A stretch of 64,000 bases of DNA. It comes from Chloroflexota bacterium (GTDB lineage: Bacteria > Chloroflexota > Dehalococcoidia > Lucifugimonadales > UBA3495). Positions 10,073-20,713 of this stretch are shown here, piece by piece (positions within the stretch are counted from its first letter, which is position 1; every line of letters starts with the position of its first letter). Location of the stretch: assembly GCA_027623675.1 (NCBI GenBank), contig JAQBVF010000015.1, positions 1-64,000 of the forward strand, given 5' to 3'. The translations under genes and the position numbers were made by a program. The notes beneath the pieces were generated by a model. The model was given only the letters and a program-made list of their open reading frames with translations. It was not told the DNA's origin and searched no databases.

Positions 10073-11872
10073 TTATTCTGGTTGCTGCACTACCCGTAGG
10101 CCCAACTCGTCTAGTTGGGCCTGAGCCACCGGCGTGGGCGCGTTAAACAGCAGGTCCGCCCCGCTCTGGGTCTTGGGGAAGGCAATCACATCCCGTATGG
10201 ACGCGCTGCCGCAGAGGATGGCGACCAAACGGTCGATCCCGGGGGCGATGCCACCGTGAGGCGGCGCGCCGTACTCGAATGCCTCCAATATCTGGCCGAA
10301 CCGCGATTCGACCTCTTCCTTGGAGTGCCCGAGTATCTCAAATATCTTCTCTTGAAGCTGCCGGTTGTGGATCCGGATGCTGCCGCTGGCCAACTCCGAC
10401 CCGTTGCAGACCAGGTCATAGGCCTTGGATCTGATCGCGCTCAGGTCTTCGCCATCCAGGTCCTTTTCCTCGCCGTCGTCCGGTGAGGTGAAAGGATGAT
10501 GGGATGAGTCCCACCGCTTGCCATCTTCATTCCACTCGAACAACGGGAACTTGGTTACAAATGCAAAGGCCAGTTCGTTGGGGTCCGGCAGTTCCAGCAG
10601 GTCTCCCACGTAGGTCCGTAACGCCGTCAGCCAGGTGTTCAACCGGGGCTGGCGGCCGGCCATGATCAACACCAGGTCTCCGGGACCTGCTCCCATCTTG
10701 TCGGCCAGCCGCTGGTGCCACTCGGCGGGCATGCGCAGCCCGGCGGACTGCACTATCTCTTCTTCGCTCAACTGGCCCACCGGGTTGGTTCCCCGGTAAC
10801 GCACGTGGACCAGGCCGCCGGCCCCGGCAACCTTCGCGGTCTCCTCTAGTTCCCTCACCTGTGAGGTGGTGAAATGGGCCTGGCCGGGCGCGACGAAGCC
10901 CTTGATGCGGCCGCCGCCGTCGATGGTGGAGAGGAACACCCTGAACTCAGATTCGCTGGCCAGGCTGGTAACGTCGGTCATCTCCAGGCCGAAGCGCAGG
11001 TCGGGCTTGTCCGAGGCGTAGCGGTCCATCGCCTCGTCATAGGTGATCCTGGGGAATGGCTTGGTCAGCTTCTTCCCGGGGGCCACCGACTCGATCATCC
11101 CGATGTACAGTTCCTCGGTCAGGTCCAGTATGTCGTCTTCCTCGACGAAGCTCATCTCCAGGTCCAGTTGGGTGAACTCCAATTGCCGGTCGGCGCGCAG
11201 GTCTTCGTCCCGGAAGCAACGGGCGATCTGGAAGTAGCGCTCCACGCCGGAGACCATCAGCAGTTGTTTCATCTGCTGGGGCGATTGGGGAAGAGCGTAG
11301 AAATTCCCCGGCTGCATCCGGCTGGGCACGAGGAAATCCCGGGCGCCTTCCGGGGTGCTCTTGATCAAGATGGGCGTTTCAATCTCCAGAAAATTCCGAT
11401 CGGAGAGGAAATCCCGGATGTATCTGACAACGTTGTGGCGCAGCGTCAGGTTGCGCAACATGGGCGGACGGCGCAGGTCCAGGTAACGGTAGCGCAGGCG
11501 CAGGCTCTCGTCGGCCTCGGCGTCCTCTTCGATGTAAAATGGCGGGGTCAACGACCGGTTGAGGACCGTCAATTCGGTGGCCATCACCTCGATCTCACCG
11601 GTGGGTATCGCCGGGTTGTCCGAACCCTCGGGGCGGCGGTTAACCGTGCCTTTTACCTGGACGACCCATTCCGGCCGGACCTCCTCGGCGATCCGCGCGG
11701 CATCCGCGGCGGTCTCCGGGTTGAAAACCACCTGAGCGATCCCGGACCGGTCACGCAGGTCCAGGAAGATTATTCCGCCGTGGTCACGCCGCCGGCCAAC
11801 CCAGCCGGCCAGGGTAACTTGATCGCCGTCGTTTTCGCGCCTAAGGGAGCCGCAGTCCGCGCTACGCAGCAC
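10073..11872 (-). CDS. aspS: Aspartate--tRNA ligase
   Basis: GWVGRRRDHGG, LRYRYLDLRR, STPEGARDF, YFQIARCFRDEDLRADRQ, GAPPHGGIAPGIDR; start placed at GTG 11872 after GGAGG (ORF track over-extends to 12097). Confidence 0.97.
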   Translation of the reverse strand: MLRSADCGSLRRENDGDQVTLAGWVGRRRDHGGIIFLDLRDRSGIAQVVFNPETAADAARIAEEVRPEWVVQVKGTVNRRPEGSDNPAIPTGEIEVMATELTVLNRSLTPPFYIEEDAEADESLRLRYRYLDLRRPPMLRNLTLRHNVVRYIRDFLSDRNFLEIETPILIKSTPEGARDFLVPSRMQPGNFYALPQSPQQMKQLLMVSGVERYFQIARCFRDEDLRADRQLEFTQLDLEMSFVEEDDILDLTEELYIGMIESVAPGKKLTKPFPRITYDEAMDRYASDKPDLRFGLEMTDVTSLASESEFRVFLSTIDGGGRIKGFVAPGQAHFTTSQVRELEETAKVAGAGGLVHVRYRGTNPVGQLSEEEIVQSAGLRMPAEWHQRLADKMGAGPGDLVLIMAGRQPRLNTWLTALRTYVGDLLELPDPNELAFAFVTKFPLFEWNEDGKRWDSSHHPFTSPDDGEEKDLDGEDLSAIRSKAYDLVCNGSELASGSIRIHNRQLQEKIFEILGHSKEEVESRFGQILEAFEYGAPPHGGIAPGIDRLVAILCGSASIRDVIAFPKTQSGADLLFNAPTPVAQAQLDELGLRVVQQPE

Positions 11873-11985
11873 GCATTTCCTCCGTTGATTCTCATGTTGT
11901 TTGTGATTGCCTTGGTCCCGCCGATGTGATGATACGCTCATCGGCTGCCCGAGTCGAAACGGCCCCGTCTTATCGCACTCCCCGG

Positions 11986-13899
11986 CTAGGCGCCGGGAAA
12001 GACCTGGAATATGTCTTGGAAGGGGCTTTGTTGCGGGGCGGTCAGGCTGTTGACCGCTTGGGCCAGGTCCTGGGGCGAGTCCACCGGCGGCAGGCACACG
12101 GTGTCCAGACAGACGTGGGCCCTGGCGACCGTGTCACCGTCAGCGGCGAGCACCGTCTTGATGTCCAAGTTGGGTTGGGACAGCCGAAAGGCGGCGGCGA
12201 TGAGTTCCTGGCAGCCGGGGTCTTCCGGGCGGCCCTCGACGGTCACTTCGACCATCGCGTTCTTCAGGATATGGACCGCCTGACCGTACTCGGCGGAAAA
12301 CTCTCCGAGTTCCCGGAAAGTTTCGGAGAAAGCGCTCAACGTGGCCTCCGCGAGCTGCCGGTAGTCCTCGTTGCGGGTGGACTGGTACAGCCGAAGCAGG
12401 GCCTGGGCGGCGGTCATGTTGTCGCCCACGTTCTTCTCTCTCACCTGGAGGTGGCCGATGGCGTCAGGGTCGTCTTGGATGTCGAAGAAACCGCCGCCCT
12501 CGTGGTCGAAGAACCGATCGATCAATTCCTGTGCCACGGCAACCGCCCTCTCCAGATAGGCCTCCGAAGCAGTGTTGCCGTGCGCCTGCATCAGAGCGGT
12601 CAGCAGCCAGGCCCAGTCGGTGCACAAAGCCGGCGCGCCGGAGGGGCCGTCCGCCGAGTAGACATGGCTGAAAGAGCCGTCTTGGGCCATCGACTTCAAT
12701 CCGGACAATATCTGGATGGCGGTGGTCTGCAGTGACGGGTCGCCCAGCTTCCACGCGGCCTCCAGGAGCACCGTCACCGCCAACCCATTGCTGTTGGCGT
12801 AGCAGGAGGGGTCTGGAGAGGGCCGGTTCTCTTTGGTCCGCTGGGCCGCAGGCAAGGAGAAATAATCCGAGTGGGCGCCCTGGCTGCCTCTGAACCCGGG
12901 CGCGGCGGGGTCGTAGAGGTGTTCCATCAGGTAGCCCAGGGTCTGTTTGCCCGTTTCCCGGTATCCGGGGTTATCGAGCAGGATGCCGGCATCCAGGAAC
13001 TCGCGGGCCAGGCTAAGATTGTCCTCGAGGATCTTTTCGTGTTGCGGCTGGCTCCAATCGGCCTGAGCGCAATGCCGGAAAAACCCGCCGTCGTGGCTGT
13101 CTTTAACCTGGCCGGCGGACATGCCGTCCAGTGTCCTGACCAGCATAGCCCGGTAGAAGTCTTCGCCGCTGGTGCGGAATAGGTGGTTCACGAAACGCAG
13201 CATGGTGGCGTTGGGGAATTTTGGCTCGCTGCCGAACCCGCCATTTACGGCGTCGTAGGCGCCGGCGACGATTCGGGAGACCCGGTCAACCACGATCTCG
13301 TCCACCTCCGGCCCTGCCGCGGTGCGGCGGGCGTGGTCACTGCGCCGGTTGAGCAGGTCTCTAGCCTGGGTGTATAGAGTGGGCCGGTTGTTCTTATAGG
13401 CGTCGATTAATTCGGCGATCATGGAGACAAACTGGTCCGGCGGCAGATATGTCGCCCCGCCGATGAGACCGCCGTGCCCCGTGAGGAAGGCCGTGGTGGG
13501 CCAGCCGCCAACGTTATATCGGGAATTGATGTCGGGCCGGTGGTCATTGTCCACGCGGACCAGGACGAAGTTCTCGTTGAGGAGGGCGTGGATCTCAGGG
13601 TCGGAGTAGCTGGTCTCGTCCATCACGTGGCACCAGTAGCACCAAACGGCGGAAACGGCCATCAATACGGGCTTATCCTCTTCTTGGGCTTTGGCGAAAG
13701 CGGCGGGTCCCCAGGGCTGCCAGTGGAGCAGGTGAGCCTGGTTGGGGTTGGGCGAGAAACGGAAGTCGGACAATCGGGCCGCCTTTGTGGAGATGCCTTC
13801 CGCAGTGTCTCCGGCCGGAGAGTTGGAAGGCTTGGAGAACGCTGGATAGGGTATCGGAACCGGCGGGATTTTGGAGCCAATCACTGGCTGGTCCGCCAA
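11986..13899 (-). CDS. YyaL/SPATA20-like protein (thioredoxin-like DUF255 plus alpha/alpha barrel)
   Basis: WQPWGPAAFAKAQEEDKPV, WCYWCHVM, GGWPTT.FL, GGFG..PKFP, GGFFD; start uncertain. Confidence 0.88.
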   Translation of the reverse strand: MADQPVIGSKIPPVPIPYPAFSKPSNSPAGDTAEGISTKAARLSDFRFSPNPNQAHLLHWQPWGPAAFAKAQEEDKPVLMAVSAVWCYWCHVMDETSYSDPEIHALLNENFVLVRVDNDHRPDINSRYNVGGWPTTAFLTGHGGLIGGATYLPPDQFVSMIAELIDAYKNNRPTLYTQARDLLNRRSDHARRTAAGPEVDEIVVDRVSRIVAGAYDAVNGGFGSEPKFPNATMLRFVNHLFRTSGEDFYRAMLVRTLDGMSAGQVKDSHDGGFFRHCAQADWSQPQHEKILEDNLSLAREFLDAGILLDNPGYRETGKQTLGYLMEHLYDPAAPGFRGSQGAHSDYFSLPAAQRTKENRPSPDPSCYANSNGLAVTVLLEAAWKLGDPSLQTTAIQILSGLKSMAQDGSFSHVYSADGPSGAPALCTDWAWLLTALMQAHGNTASEAYLERAVAVAQELIDRFFDHEGGGFFDIQDDPDAIGHLQVREKNVGDNMTAAQALLRLYQSTRNEDYRQLAEATLSAFSETFRELGEFSAEYGQAVHILKNAMVEVTVEGRPEDPGCQELIAAAFRLSQPNLDIKTVLAADGDTVARAHVCLDTVCLPPVDSPQDLAQAVNSLTAPQQSPFQDIFQVFPGA

Positions 13900-13999
13900 G
13901 GGAATTCAGTCAATAACGTTAGCATAGCCCTAGTGGATTTTCAATCGAGGCGGACGGCCACCTTGTGCCTTGCCATTATTGAGGACGGTTATTGAGTGA

Positions 14000-14096
14000 C
14001 CGCTCATGGTGAACCTGTCGAACCACTGCTTCGGGGCGGCGATGCAGAGATTCGAGTATGACTGTGCATGCTCCTTCGGCAGGCTAAAACTAGCGG
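14000..14096. repeat. Degenerate REP-like palindromic element (copy 1)
   Basis: Left arm CCGCTCATGGTGAACCTGTCGAACC; right arm CCTTCGGCAGGCTAAAACTAGCGG is an imperfect reverse complement. Confidence 0.6.
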
Positions 14097-14187
14097 CGAA
14101 ATCGGCGCTAGATCGATATTTGAAAGACCCTGTCGGGCCACTTTGAGTCAGGCCGAGGAACCGGCGGTCCGATGCAACGACGCGGGG

Positions 14188-17100
14188 TTAGACCGTCACC
14201 AGGTCCGGCTGGTCCACGGCGTAGAGAGAGTGGGAGATGGGCACGCTGAGAACAACTTTGGCCTGCTCCAATATCTTGGGGCTGACGTTGGTCAAAGCGG
14301 TGAACGCGCCGTTTTCCATCGAACCGATGGCCACACCATCTCGGTACACCAGCCGGTTCCGAACAACGGACGGCACCCGTGGACCGGGCGACAATATACC
14401 GGCCAGATTCAGAGGGTCGCAGGCCGACACGGCGATGAAACGGCCATCCGGCTCGGCATTCTTGGTCTTGCGGAGTTGTTCGACCGCTTCCGGCAGGGCG
14501 AATTGCTCGCCGATGAAACCAGACACGAAACGGCCACCTCTGATCTCGCCCCGGGCCTCCAGGCGGCGCAGCACCCGGACCAGATCCCTCCAGCGGTAAC
14601 TGAGGGCGTCCCGGGCCAATAGCTCCGGGAAGATGATGCCGTAGCGGTCCAACAGTTGGCGGGCGATGGGTTCGCTGCGGTCCTCGACCGGGTCAATCGG
14701 CTCGAGCAATGACCAGCGACTGTAACCGCGTCGGCGGCGCACGTCGGTTGGCCGGTTTCGGCCGCGATGGCTGGAACCGGGGCGCTGAGGACGGCGAGGC
14801 GTGCCTCCCAGGCGCTGACGCAAGGCCTCCACTCCGTCGACGGTCACCCTGCCTGATGCCGCAAGCGTCCAGAGAGCTTCCTCCACGTCCGAGGGCAGGC
14901 GCTGGGTTGCAGTGACGATGTCGGAAAGGAACGAAGCGCCCCGGCTGGCCAACATCTCAACGACCTCTTTGGCCGCCCCGGTTAGACTTTCTGAGTCCGG
15001 GCCGGTGGGTCCAAGGACCCAATCCAGGGAATCGCGCAAGGCCATGGTGATGGGTGTGGCTCTGGTGAAAGAAGAGCGGACCCATGAAGGGCGGACCAAT
15101 GATGAATGAGACCCGCCTGGTAGCCCCGGTCCCGGCGCCGAGGTCGAAACGGAGCTTTGCATAGAGACGCGGCCCCAAACGACCTCGCCGCCCAGACACA
15201 GGCGGTCCAGCATCTGAGGGCTGTAGTCGGAGACGCGGGAAAGCAGGACCTCATCTTCTATGGCGCCCGAAGCCGACTCGAACCCTTGTAGCTGCTCGAT
15301 GGCCGCCAGCAGCCCGCCTTCGCCGTTCAGCCGGACCACCGGATCAACATGCTGCCAGCGCAACAGGAACCGCATGAACGCCGCTGGCGGCACCGGCTCA
15401 ACCTCCCGCCGCAGCGTGTCGATGGTGGAGCGGTGGATCCGAGACAGGATGCGCCGGTCGCAGAACTCGTCTTCGGTTTTATCATCTGCGGTTGATCTAA
15501 ATCTGCCCCGCAGGACCACCCCTTCATTCTCCAGACGCCCGAAGGCGTAGACGATGTCGTCGTGGGGAACGCCCAATGTTTGGGCCATTTCGGTTGCCGT
15601 CAACGGGCCAGAGCATTCGACCCAGCCTCGCATCACTGAGTGGATGCTGTCTTCACGTGGGTTGCCATCGGTCGAGCCATTGGCATCGGCCAGCAGATTA
15701 TCGGGTGGAGTAGGCGAAAATTCGGCCTCCGGGTAGATGGGCCGCAGCAGCGCTAGACGTTCGGCGGCAGACCAAAACGTTTGGCCGTCCGACTCCATTC
15801 GGTAGGCCCGGTTGGCCGCAACCAGGGTTTCAAACCAGGACTGGACGCCGCTCAAGCCATCCTCAACCATCATTTGTTGCGCCGTTGATTCCGGCAGCAC
15901 GCCCAGCACCAGAAGGGCGTCGTGCAACTCATCGGCGTCCCGCATCCTGGGCCAGGCGTTGGCGGTTTCACGTTCGATGGCCACGGGGTCCAGGGCGCTA
16001 AGGTCACGCGAGTCCTCGGGCAGTGCGCGCCTGAGGGACACGGCCCTGGCACGGCGCTCCTCCAGTGGTGCGTCGTCCAAGAAGGCGTAGGGCATGGCGT
16101 TCAATATCTGGTGGGAGAAGGCGGAGGGTTGCTCGGTATCCCGGCCAAAAATCTCGATGGACCCGTCGTGTATCCCGCTCAACAGTTCCTTGCAGCCCTC
16201 TACATCCATGGCCTCGGTGAGGCAATCCCGCATGGTCTCGAATACCAGGGGATGGTCCGGCACCTCGATATCGCCGGGCATGGCGTTGTCTTGGCAAGCC
16301 ACCTGGGCCGGGAAGACCGCGGCCAGGAGGTCGTCAGAGCGCATGCGAATCAGCGGGGCCGGCACTTTGCGGCCGCCGGCGTGCCGCAAGATCGCCAAAG
16401 CCCGGGTAGCGTTCCACCGCCAACGGGTTCCGAAGAGGGGAGCCTGCAGGACCGCCTGCTCAAGCACGTTTTGAATGGTCTTTTCGGTCAGATAGGAGAA
16501 TACCTCGTCCACGGGCATGGAGAGTCCGGGTCCCAGGGCAAAATTGAGGCCGTCATCGGTGGCGCTGGCCTGCAGTTCGAAATCGAAGGAGCGGCAGATC
16601 TTTTTGCGGAGGGCCATGCCCCAGGCACGGTTGACCCTGGCGCCAAACGGGGCGTGAATGACCAACTGCATGCCGCCGCTCTCGTCGAAGAACCGCTCGG
16701 CGACCACCCTTTTCTTGGACGGGACAACCCCCAGCACTCGTTTACCCTCTTCCAGGTAGGCGACCAACTGCCGGCTGGATTCCTCGTCCACCCCCGACTC
16801 GGCGATAACCCATGCTTGGGCCTCGGCTTGGTCGTGAAGGCGGTCGTCGATGCCGTCGCGAAGCTCGGAGACCTCCTGGGACAATTCCCAGGTGCGGCCG
16901 GGCGCCTCCCCCAACCAGAACGGGACCGAGGGCGGCTGGCCTTGGGCATCCTCGACCCTAACCTTGCCGCTCTCCACCCGGCGGACCTTCCAGGGTGTGT
17001 TGCCCAGTAAGAACACGTCACCGGCCAGACTCTCGATGGCGAAGTCCTCGTTGACCGTGCCGACGAACGTCTCCTCGGGTTCCAGGATCACGTCATAGTC

Positions 17101-18627
17101 GGCGTTGTCCGGGATGGCGCCGCCGCTGGTCATCGCCGCGATCGGAGCGCCGCGCCGTCCCTTCACCTTAAGGTTTATGCCGTCGCGGTGGAGATAGGCC
17201 CCGCCACGGCCCAGACGCAACGTGAACCCGTTGGACAATACGTCAACGACCTGGTCGAACTTCTCCCTGGGCAAATCTCGGTACGGGTAGGCCCTCTTAC
17301 AGAGGGCGAATAACTGGTCTTCCGGCCATTCTTCCTGCGCGCAGGTGGCCACGATCTGCTGGGCCAGCACGTCCACCGGCCACGGTGGGATGATGAGGGT
17401 ATCCAGGTTGCCGTGTTTGACCGCTCTGGCCAGGGCAACGCACTCGGCCAATTCGTCCCTGGTGAGAGGAAACATGCGGCCTTTAGGAGTGCCGCCCACT
17501 TGGTGCCCGGAACGCCCAACCCGCTGCAGCAGCACCCCAATGGAGCGGGGGGAGCCGATCTGGCAGACCAGGTCGACCACCCCGATGTCGATGCCCAGCT
17601 CCAGTGATGCGGTAGCCACGCAGACCTTGACCAGGCCGCCCTTGAGTTTCTGCTCGGCGGCCAACCGGGTGGCGCGGGAGAGGCTGCCGTGGTGGGCGAC
17701 CACTGCTTCGTCGCCCAGCCGTTCAGCAAGCTGATGGGAAACCCTTTCCACCAACCGCCGGGTGTTTACAAAGACCAGGGTTGTGCCGTGGGCGCGGACC
17801 AGACCGGTCACCGCATCCAGGGCTTCGGCCCACATCTCATGGGAGGCGATGGGCCCCAGCTCCCGCGGCGGCAGTTCCATGGCCAGGTCGATGACCCGCG
17901 CGCGCCCGGTGTCGACGATCAGGCAATCGGGAGTGCCGTCTGGGGCGATGCCGTCGTTGCCGACCAGCAACCGCCCAACCTCGTCGATGGGCCGCTGGGT
18001 GGCCGACAGCCCGATGCGGACGATCGGCTGCTTTGCCAAGGCACAGAGCCTTTCGACTGACAGGGAAAGATGGGAGCCGCGTTTGCTGCCGGCCACGGCG
18101 TGAATCTCGTCCAAGATGAGGGTATGAACACCGGTCATTCCCTGGCGGCCGCTCTTGGAAGTGAGCAGGATATAGAGGGACTCGGGCGTGGTTATCAGGA
18201 TATGCGGGGGCCGTTTGGCCATCTTGGCCCGCTCGGAAGCCTTGGTGTCCCCGGTGCGGACCGCCGCCCGAATCTCGGGGAGCGGGGTGCCTGCGGCTTC
18301 CGCCAGAACGGCGATCTCCTCCAACGGAGTGGCCAGGTTCTTCTGGATGTCGTTGGAAAGGGCCTTTAACGGCGAGACATAGACCACTTGAGTGGAGTCG
18401 GGTATGTCTCCGGAAAGACCTTGACGGACCAGACTGTCGATGCAGGTGAGAAATGCCGCCAGGGTCTTGCCCGAGCCCGTGGGAGCGGCGATCAGTGTGT
18501 GACGGCCCTGGGAGATGGCCGGCCATCCCTGTATCTGGGCGTCGGTAGGCCCGGTGAACCTACTTCGGAACCACTCTTGGACCAGGGGATGAAATCTTGA
18601 CAGTGACTGAGATTCTAAGAGAGGCAT
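14188..18627 (-). CDS. lhr: ATP-dependent helicase Lhr (full length, with C-terminal extension)
   Basis: APTGSGKT, SPLKALSND, RTGDT, TTPESL, DEIH, SAT, HHGSLS, SLELGID, QRVGRSGH; C-terminal RYG...LEARGEIRGGRF; 1479 aa. Confidence 0.92.
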   Translation of the reverse strand: MPLLESQSLSRFHPLVQEWFRSRFTGPTDAQIQGWPAISQGRHTLIAAPTGSGKTLAAFLTCIDSLVRQGLSGDIPDSTQVVYVSPLKALSNDIQKNLATPLEEIAVLAEAAGTPLPEIRAAVRTGDTKASERAKMAKRPPHILITTPESLYILLTSKSGRQGMTGVHTLILDEIHAVAGSKRGSHLSLSVERLCALAKQPIVRIGLSATQRPIDEVGRLLVGNDGIAPDGTPDCLIVDTGRARVIDLAMELPPRELGPIASHEMWAEALDAVTGLVRAHGTTLVFVNTRRLVERVSHQLAERLGDEAVVAHHGSLSRATRLAAEQKLKGGLVKVCVATASLELGIDIGVVDLVCQIGSPRSIGVLLQRVGRSGHQVGGTPKGRMFPLTRDELAECVALARAVKHGNLDTLIIPPWPVDVLAQQIVATCAQEEWPEDQLFALCKRAYPYRDLPREKFDQVVDVLSNGFTLRLGRGGAYLHRDGINLKVKGRRGAPIAAMTSGGAIPDNADYDVILEPEETFVGTVNEDFAIESLAGDVFLLGNTPWKVRRVESGKVRVEDAQGQPPSVPFWLGEAPGRTWELSQEVSELRDGIDDRLHDQAEAQAWVIAESGVDEESSRQLVAYLEEGKRVLGVVPSKKRVVAERFFDESGGMQLVIHAPFGARVNRAWGMALRKKICRSFDFELQASATDDGLNFALGPGLSMPVDEVFSYLTEKTIQNVLEQAVLQAPLFGTRWRWNATRALAILRHAGGRKVPAPLIRMRSDDLLAAVFPAQVACQDNAMPGDIEVPDHPLVFETMRDCLTEAMDVEGCKELLSGIHDGSIEIFGRDTEQPSAFSHQILNAMPYAFLDDAPLEERRARAVSLRRALPEDSRDLSALDPVAIERETANAWPRMRDADELHDALLVLGVLPESTAQQMMVEDGLSGVQSWFETLVAANRAYRMESDGQTFWSAAERLALLRPIYPEAEFSPTPPDNLLADANGSTDGNPREDSIHSVMRGWVECSGPLTATEMAQTLGVPHDDIVYAFGRLENEGVVLRGRFRSTADDKTEDEFCDRRILSRIHRSTIDTLRREVEPVPPAAFMRFLLRWQHVDPVVRLNGEGGLLAAIEQLQGFESASGAIEDEVLLSRVSDYSPQMLDRLCLGGEVVWGRVSMQSSVSTSAPGPGLPGGSHSSLVRPSWVRSSFTRATPITMALRDSLDWVLGPTGPDSESLTGAAKEVVEMLASRGASFLSDIVTATQRLPSDVEEALWTLAASGRVTVDGVEALRQRLGGTPRRPQRPGSSHRGRNRPTDVRRRRGYSRWSLLEPIDPVEDRSEPIARQLLDRYGIIFPELLARDALSYRWRDLVRVLRRLEARGEIRGGRFVSGFIGEQFALPEAVEQLRKTKNAEPDGRFIAVSACDPLNLAGILSPGPRVPSVVRNRLVYRDGVAIGSMENGAFTALTNVSPKILEQAKVVLSVPISHSLYAVDQPDLVTV

Positions 18628-18802
18628 GACGAGATTTTAGCATAGCAACAGGCTCGGAAACCTTTACATAATGCCGGTCGATCGTCCGTTAAGCCAGAAC
18701 TGCCAGTCAGTGATTTGACCAAGAACCACTTGTTTCCATCTCTAGGGATTGGGGTATGCTATTGTTCGGCGGAAATATGCGTGGCCGAGGTTGATTGCAT
18801 TC

Positions 18803-19615
18803 ATGGCTGAGATACTGGAATCCAAGCCCAACCCATTCAACGGCATGGTGATTTCCTCACTGGATTTGCCCAGCGACGCGGAGGAGTTTGATGCCCGACT
18901 GGCCACTTCGATGGAGCAGTGGTCTTCGGAAGGATTCTTGACCGTCTGGGTGGAGATTCCCAAGGCCAAGTCGGCGCTGATACCCAAAGCCATCGACCGT
19001 GGGTTCGATTTCCACCACACGGGCGACGACTACATCCTGTTGACCTGCCGCCTGGTGGCCGGGGCGCACATACCGCCCTTCGCCTCCCATTACATCGGCA
19101 TCGGCGGCGTGGTGCTGACGCCGGAGAATGACCTGCTGGTGGTGCGCGAGAAGTATGGAGTCGGCGGGCGTGAACCGACACTCAAGCTGCCCGGCGGCGC
19201 GCTGGTGGCCGGTGAACACCTGGGGCGGGCTGTCGAACGGGAAGTGCTGGAAGAAACGGGGGTTAGGGCCGAGTTCGAGTCCATAGCCTGTTTCCGGCAG
19301 TGGCACGGCTACCGCTACGGAAAGTCCGACATCTATTTCGTGGGCAAGCTGCGGCCGTTGAGCAAAGAAATCACCATGCAGGCGGAGGAGATTCAGGAGT
19401 GCCTCTGGATGCCGGTTAATGATTTCATCGGGTCCGACTCCATCAGCAACTTCAACAAGCAGATCGTCCGCGCCGCTCTGGAATCAGATGGTGTCATCCA
19501 GTCATTCATCGAAGGTTTTGGCGGGCCAGATTCCCGCGAATATTTCATGCCCCGGCACCTGATCGACGGCGAGAGCGTGGTGCCGTTCCCATCGGACCCA
19601 AGGTCGTTCTTCTAA
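18803..19615 (+). CDS. Nudix hydrolase, NUDT6-like, with N-terminal pre-Nudix domain
   Basis: GFDFHH, ASHYIGIGGVV, Nudix box LPGG...GE.L..AVEREVLEETG, GKSDIYF; start placed at ATG 18803. Confidence 0.85.
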   Translation: MAEILESKPNPFNGMVISSLDLPSDAEEFDARLATSMEQWSSEGFLTVWVEIPKAKSALIPKAIDRGFDFHHTGDDYILLTCRLVAGAHIPPFASHYIGIGGVVLTPENDLLVVREKYGVGGREPTLKLPGGALVAGEHLGRAVEREVLEETGVRAEFESIACFRQWHGYRYGKSDIYFVGKLRPLSKEITMQAEEIQECLWMPVNDFIGSDSISNFNKQIVRAALESDGVIQSFIEGFGGPDSREYFMPRHLIDGESVVPFPSDPRSFF

Positions 19616-20104
19616 CCGGTCCCGCGAATAGCCAGCGGGTGGCCCGAATCGGCCAATGAGACGGCCGATTTCGCCAACTTCGAGCGGCACCAGACGTACT
19701 CTGCCCCTTGGTGCGTCCCGGACATAATTGCCCCATGGAAGCGCCCAAACCACCCGAAGATTCAAGAGACGGAAATCTGGCCGCGTTCGCCTTTCTTGGC
19801 ACTTACCTTGGTCTGTTCCCGGTGTTTGCCGCACTGGTGATAAACCGGCTGGGCTAACGAGTCGGAGGTTCCGTGGGCTGTTTTGTTAATCAACCGCATC
19901 GAAAAGGCCCCAGCGTATTTCCTCGGAGCCTTGCTCGGTCCCACTCCCTAGAGTAAAGCCAGGTTGGACCGGCCTCACTGATCAATCCCAAGTCAATCTT
20001 AAGCCCGCCAGCCCGCCGCGACGAAACCGAGTTAACCCAAGCCAACGTAGACTAGGTTGCGAGCAGGTGAGATTGGGACTCTAGGCCCTGGATTCAGTTA
20101 CCGG

Positions 20105-20144
20105 AAACACAAAAGAGGCTCCCAGAATCAACTGAGAGCCTCTT
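20105..20144 (-). terminator. Terminator of the tRNA pair
   Basis: AAGAGGCTC...GAGCCTCTT stem followed by a T-rich run on the minus strand, just downstream of tRNA-Arg. Confidence 0.75.
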
Positions 20145-20158
20145 GTCGTGACTGAAAG

Positions 20159-20234
20159 TGGTGCGCCTGGCGAGACTCGAACTCACAACCCCTGGGTTCG
20201 AAGCCCAGTACTCTATCCATTGAGCTACAGGCGC
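20159..20234 (-). tRNA. tRNA-Arg(TCG)
   Basis: GCGCCTG acceptor stem, TAGCTCAATGGATAGAG D arm, CTGGG-CTTCGAA-CCCAG anticodon arm, GTTCGAG T loop, encoded CCA. Confidence 0.96.
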
Positions 20235-20266
20235 ATCATACGGGGAGAATCAGACAGAATTTCGGG

Positions 20267-20344
20267 TGGGGCGAGCGACGGGATTCGAACCCGTGATCTC
20301 CTGTGCCACAGACAGGCGCCTTAGGCCTCTTGGCTACGCTCGCC
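20267..20344 (-). tRNA. tRNA-His(GTG)
   Basis: G-1 plus GCGAGCG acceptor stem, CCTGT-CTGTGGC-ACAGG anticodon arm, GTTCGAATC T loop, C73 discriminator and CCA. Confidence 0.96.
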
Positions 20345-20450
20345 GCGGTGCGGGTTCGGTAGCTACCGGCCACGGCTCGCGATCGGAGCAAGGCAGGCGG
20401 GACCCGGATGGGAGACCCAGTACAGAACACCAGTGCCGATAGGCTTAAGT

Positions 20451-20479
20451 ATGTTAGCAAATGGGCGTGCCTGTTACAA
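20451..20479 (-). promoter_or_regulatory. Putative promoter of the tRNA-His/tRNA-Arg pair
   Basis: Minus strand TTGTAA-17 nt-TAACAT with TGn extension. Confidence 0.5.
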
Positions 20480-20713
20480 GGTGGCGCGGCTAGCGCCGAA
20501 GGTCCCAGGGGCCTGAGATTTTACTTAGGCCACTGACAGGTTTTCGGCGGCTGCCGGACTCCTTCAGATAGTTGGTCCAGAGGGTCTCCCATTGTAATAG
20601 GGTCGCCGGGCTATCTAGAATAGGTTTCAGGTCGAGTCCGGCGGCCAGGCGATGAGCTGCAACTGCCAGTTCTTATCAAATCCGACATCCAGTCACGGAT
20701 CACGAGGAACAAC

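Noticed and set aside
11873..12097. 75-aa N-terminal extension of AspS in the ORF track
   Set aside because: Overlaps the upstream gene; a GGAGG RBS and AspS-like sequence begin at GTG 11872.
19620..20100. Possible integrated element or remnant downstream of the tRNA 3' ends
   Set aside because: No integrase, no duplicated tRNA 3' end (att site) seen in the window, and no credible ORF.
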